Origin: Sporopachydermia quercuum
Lineage: Eukaryota
Length of the DNA stretch: 64,000 nt
Reading direction: 5' to 3'
NCBI GenBank assembly: GCA_001599295.1
Contig: BCGN01000001.1
Span: 1,488,001 to 1,552,000 of the forward strand
Shown: positions 61,929-64,000 of the stretch, piece by piece
Numbering within the stretch: position 1 is the first letter of the stretch
How the letters are laid out: each line of letters begins with the position of its first letter
Program-made: the position numbers and the translations under genes
The notes under the pieces: generated by a model
Databases searched by the model: none
Seen by the model: the letters and a program-made list of their open reading frames with translations, nothing else
Told to the model about the DNA's origin: nothing

Positions 61929-62855
61929 ATGTCTATTGTAGCTTTGAAAAACTCTTTAGTGAGTTTGTATCAAGGGAAGAGCGCCTCAGAGTCACCGCTT
62001 TTGCCTACAAACTCAAAAACAAAATCTTATGGAGTTCGAGAATCTACTGATAGTTCACCTTCTGCTCCAACAGCCCAAACACAAACAATATCGTCTGAAT
62101 CCAGTAGTATGATGAATGACGAGGGAAGCAATTCCAACGCCAGCAATGATTCTGATGCTTTGCCATTCATAGGATCAGTAGATCCAAGAGTTATGTCTGA
62201 TATAATTATTGGTCTGTCCGATGGATTGACTGTGCCTTTTGCTTTAACAGCCGGATTGAGTAGCTTAGGTAATACAAAAATGGTTATTACTGGTGGAATG
62301 GCTGAACTAGTATCTGGTGCCATTAGTATGGGCTTAGGTGGTTTTCTAGCTGCTAAATCAGAGAATGAGTATTACTATGCTCAAGTGAATAAAGAGAAGA
62401 ACAACTTTCAACAATACCCTGAACTTCTAGCAGGTGAGGTGGAAGATATTTTATACAACTACAATTTATCTGAGAATACGATCAAGAGTTTTATTGAGGA
62501 CCTGCAAGCTTCTCCTGTTGACATGATTGATTTTATAATTCGTTTCGGTAAAGGATTGGAAGAACCACCAGAAGGTAGACAATTTTCATCTGCTGCTACT
62601 ATTGGATTATCATATTTTTTTGGAGGGTTTGTTCCTTTGCTTCCTTATTTTTTCACCTCTTCTGCTTATGAAGGACTTTATGTATCTGTGGCGGTGATGT
62701 TTATCACGCTGTTTATATTTGGGTACGTGAAGTCTGTTATCTCTATGGGCTCTGATTGCTCTCTATTAGAAAGATTCTATTCTGGATTGGTAATGGTGCT
62801 TACTGGGGGGGTTGCTGCTGGTGCTGCTTGGGGTTTGGTGAGAGCCATAGAATAA
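61929..62855 (+). CDS. CCC1: Vacuolar Fe2+/Mn2+ transporter Ccc1 (VIT1 family; 308 aa)
   Basis: DIIIGLSDGLTVPFALTAGLSSLG, GG.AEL.SGAISMGLGG and GGFVPLLPYFF. Confidence 0.96.
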   Translation: MSIVALKNSLVSLYQGKSASESPLLPTNSKTKSYGVRESTDSSPSAPTAQTQTISSESSSMMNDEGSNSNASNDSDALPFIGSVDPRVMSDIIIGLSDGLTVPFALTAGLSSLGNTKMVITGGMAELVSGAISMGLGGFLAAKSENEYYYAQVNKEKNNFQQYPELLAGEVEDILYNYNLSENTIKSFIEDLQASPVDMIDFIIRFGKGLEEPPEGRQFSSAATIGLSYFFGGFVPLLPYFFTSSAYEGLYVSVAVMFITLFIFGYVKSVISMGSDCSLLERFYSGLVMVLTGGVAAGAAWGLVRAIE

Positions 62856-63462
62856 AGATAAGTCATCCCTTTCAAACTACGACCCTCAACCATTAATGGC
62901 ACTAATATTTTCTTCAAATACACCACATATTGGCGTCATATCCATCTTTAACTGCATATACATAAAGACCCAACTGTCACTTTTAGATATCTGGCTTGAC
63001 ACACCTCTCATTTCCCCTCATCTTCCTAATGGCTTTTTATCATTCTGTACGATATTTAATGTTTCATATACTTTGTTTACTCCAGTCTAAACTACTATTC
63101 TCTTCACACAGCTAAATAAATCATGTTTAATAATTGTTGTCATGTATTAGCCGTATTGTACATCAATTATCGTTATAACATTAAGGAATATCACTATCTG
63201 GGATATTTAGATTACATAATCATTAAGTATTTCATAGGACATCTAATGTATCTACGAGATGAGATCCGAAGATATTTTGGGCTTAAAAAATATTTACAAT
63301 TAGGAACAAAAAATAATACAGAACTGAAAGAATTTTGAATTGATTGCAAGCAAGATCTCTTTCATAATACGATGTTAGAAACCTACTTGTTACGGTCTAA
63401 GATACACTATTATACTTTCTAGTTGTAAAAGATTCTATTCTAAGTGTATTGTATGTGTGAAT

Positions 63463-64000
63463 ATGAGTATTGCCATCCCAAATAAATCTATAAGAGACAG
63501 CGGTAAGAAGTCAAAGCGAAGAAGGAAGAAGAGAAGAACAGAAGGTATGTTGAGTTGAATATATTTTTATAAGCCAGCCATTCACAATTTTTTTTTTGAG
63601 AACGGCACTTGTTTTGAGTCGACATAAAGGTCTCTAACATAATGATTCAGATTTCTCGTCTGATTCATCTTCAAGTTCAGAAAGCGAGCAGGAGACTACA
63701 GAACGTTTACCCCATAAGCGAAATGTATTAGATGATAATAACGTTGAGGTGAGACCAATAGAAGATGACGTCGAAATGAGAATGGATTTCTCTGAGCATT
63801 TCAGTGAAGAAAAAGAAGATAGGTATCTACGATTACAGTCTGAGCTTTCAGCATTGCAAGCGCCCACCAAACCTTTAAAATCAGCGTCTTATTTATCTTA
63901 CAATCACATAAGACCTTTACGTTTTAACGATTATGAAAATGAACAACATTATGAGACGGGCCGAAACAAATACTTGGAGTTGATAACGTTGGAACTATCC
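63463..64000 (+). CDS. RSA3: Ribosome assembly protein Rsa3, partial (exons 63463-63544, 63651->64000)
   Basis: MSIAIPNKSIRDSGKKSKRRRKKRRTE|DFSSDSSSSSESEQE... via intron GTATGT(63545)..CTCTAAC..CAG(63650). The frame stays open to the window end (..NKYLELITLELS). RRRKKRRT.D.SS is the Rsa3 N-terminal motif, and the gene neighbours CCC1 as in S. cerevisiae. Confidence 0.8.

Overview
AT-rich nuclear DNA from an intron-rich budding yeast (Saccharomycotina). It uses the standard genetic code, has degenerate splice signals, and carries scattered single 'n' bases that look like masked heterozygous sites. About 23 protein-coding genes can be supported: a partial Asn-rich gene, a PQ-loop/cystinosin-like transporter, NAB6, CAT8, GPI12, AEP2, VHC1, ABD1, FUM1, PRP5, a YGL108C-like lipidated protein, VAC7, a Ser-rich orphan, a METTL21-type methyltransferase, MRPS17, RBD2, NSL1, VMA11, RVB2, ENV7, a small SRA1/Sec31-like protein, an alkaline ceramidase, CCC1 and a partial RSA3. 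Ten of these are spliced. I reconstructed 18 in-frame coding introns by hand that the ORF track misses, and there are several candidate 5'-UTR introns. Four gene blocks keep the neighbourhoods seen in S. cerevisiae. I found no tRNA, rRNA, transposon or CRISPR. The most interesting leads are: (1) a branch point and acceptor straddling the mitochondrial ATG of FUM1, suggesting splicing-controlled mitochondrial versus cytosolic fumarase; (2) a stand-alone 186-aa protein built from Sec31/SRA1-type motifs (GWND, PPP, C-terminal helical domain); (3) a VMA11 start codon split by an intron (AT|G), which leaves ATG-TAA when unspliced; (4) a multi-hairpin ncRNA candidate between FUM1 and PRP5. Gene names come from recalled family motifs, not from a database search.
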